Shown: positions 63,561 through 64,000 of the stretch, piece after piece
Position numbering within the stretch: the first letter of the stretch is position 1
Layout: the number at the start of each line of letters is the position of its first letter
Assembly (NCBI RefSeq): GCF_963921235.1
Contig: NC_086097.1
Span: forward strand, 115,012,001-115,076,000
DNA from: Mobula hypostoma
Taxonomy: Eukaryota
Length of the DNA stretch: 64,000 nt
Reading direction: 5' to 3'
Notes under the pieces: model-generated
Seen by the model: the letters and a program-made list of their open reading frames with translations, nothing else
Database searches by the model: none
What the model was told of the DNA's origin: nothing
Position numbers and translations under genes: made by a program

Positions 63561-64000
63561 CTACCTGACTTTCATAGATTTGACAACAGCATTTGATATG
63601 GTAGAGCACCAAGCTCTCCGGCGTATACTATCAAGTACAGTATACTATACTTTGCCCTGACAAGTAATTACAAATACTGAGGCCACTGTATGATGGCATG
63701 TCAACCATTGTATTCAGCAATAGTGGTGCTGAATCAGAACCCTTCACTGTCAATACAGAGGTCAAGCAGGGCTGTATTTTTGCACCCATCCTATTTGCCA
63801 TCTTTATTGCACCATCCTTCAACTCATTGGTCAAGCCCTGCCACAGGGAATCCCAGTCGTGTATAGAATGGGCAATAGGCTTTTCAACTTTAACTGGTTC
63901 AAGTCAGCACCACCACTATTATGAAGCTTCAGTGTGCAAATGGTAATGCCTTCACAGCACACTCTGAAGTCAAAAGCAGAATTTCCTGGTGACCAACCAT

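Larger units (their letters stand above)
62260..64000 (+). mobile_element. Decayed RTE-clade LINE RT fragment interrupted by a solo LTR
   Basis: Rejoined: QLQEKCCEQGKPLYLTFIDLTTAFDMV; downstream VKQGCIFAPILFAIF. Confidence 0.8.

Overview
Eukaryotic, almost certainly vertebrate, repeat-dense genomic DNA. The repeat mix of CR1, Rex1/Babar, Penelope-like elements, V-SINE-type tRNA SINEs and Tc1 MITEs suggests a cartilaginous fish such as a ray (inference). Most of the window is decayed, nested transposable elements: many CR1 LINEs (one nearly intact at 15.4-19.0 kb and an inverted 5' half of the same family at 59.0-62.0 kb), Rex1/Babar, RTE, an R4/Dong-type LINE, a BEL/Pao, two nested Gypsy elements, solo LTRs and a fragmented Penelope-like element (PLE). 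The remainder looks like introns of an unidentified + strand gene with two phase-compatible candidate exons (8625-8718, 20981-21033). The most interesting signal is a set of tiny, TSD-flanked PLE-derived insertions carrying a minimal hammerhead ribozyme motif (CUGANGA-stem II-GAAAC-GUC). Their 5' ends and palindrome inversion points all fall inside the ribozyme core, twice at the predicted cleavage site, and in two different PLE families. Most ORF-track entries are TE fragments or antisense noise. Boundaries without a cited TSD are approximate; family names come from motif recognition, not a database search.
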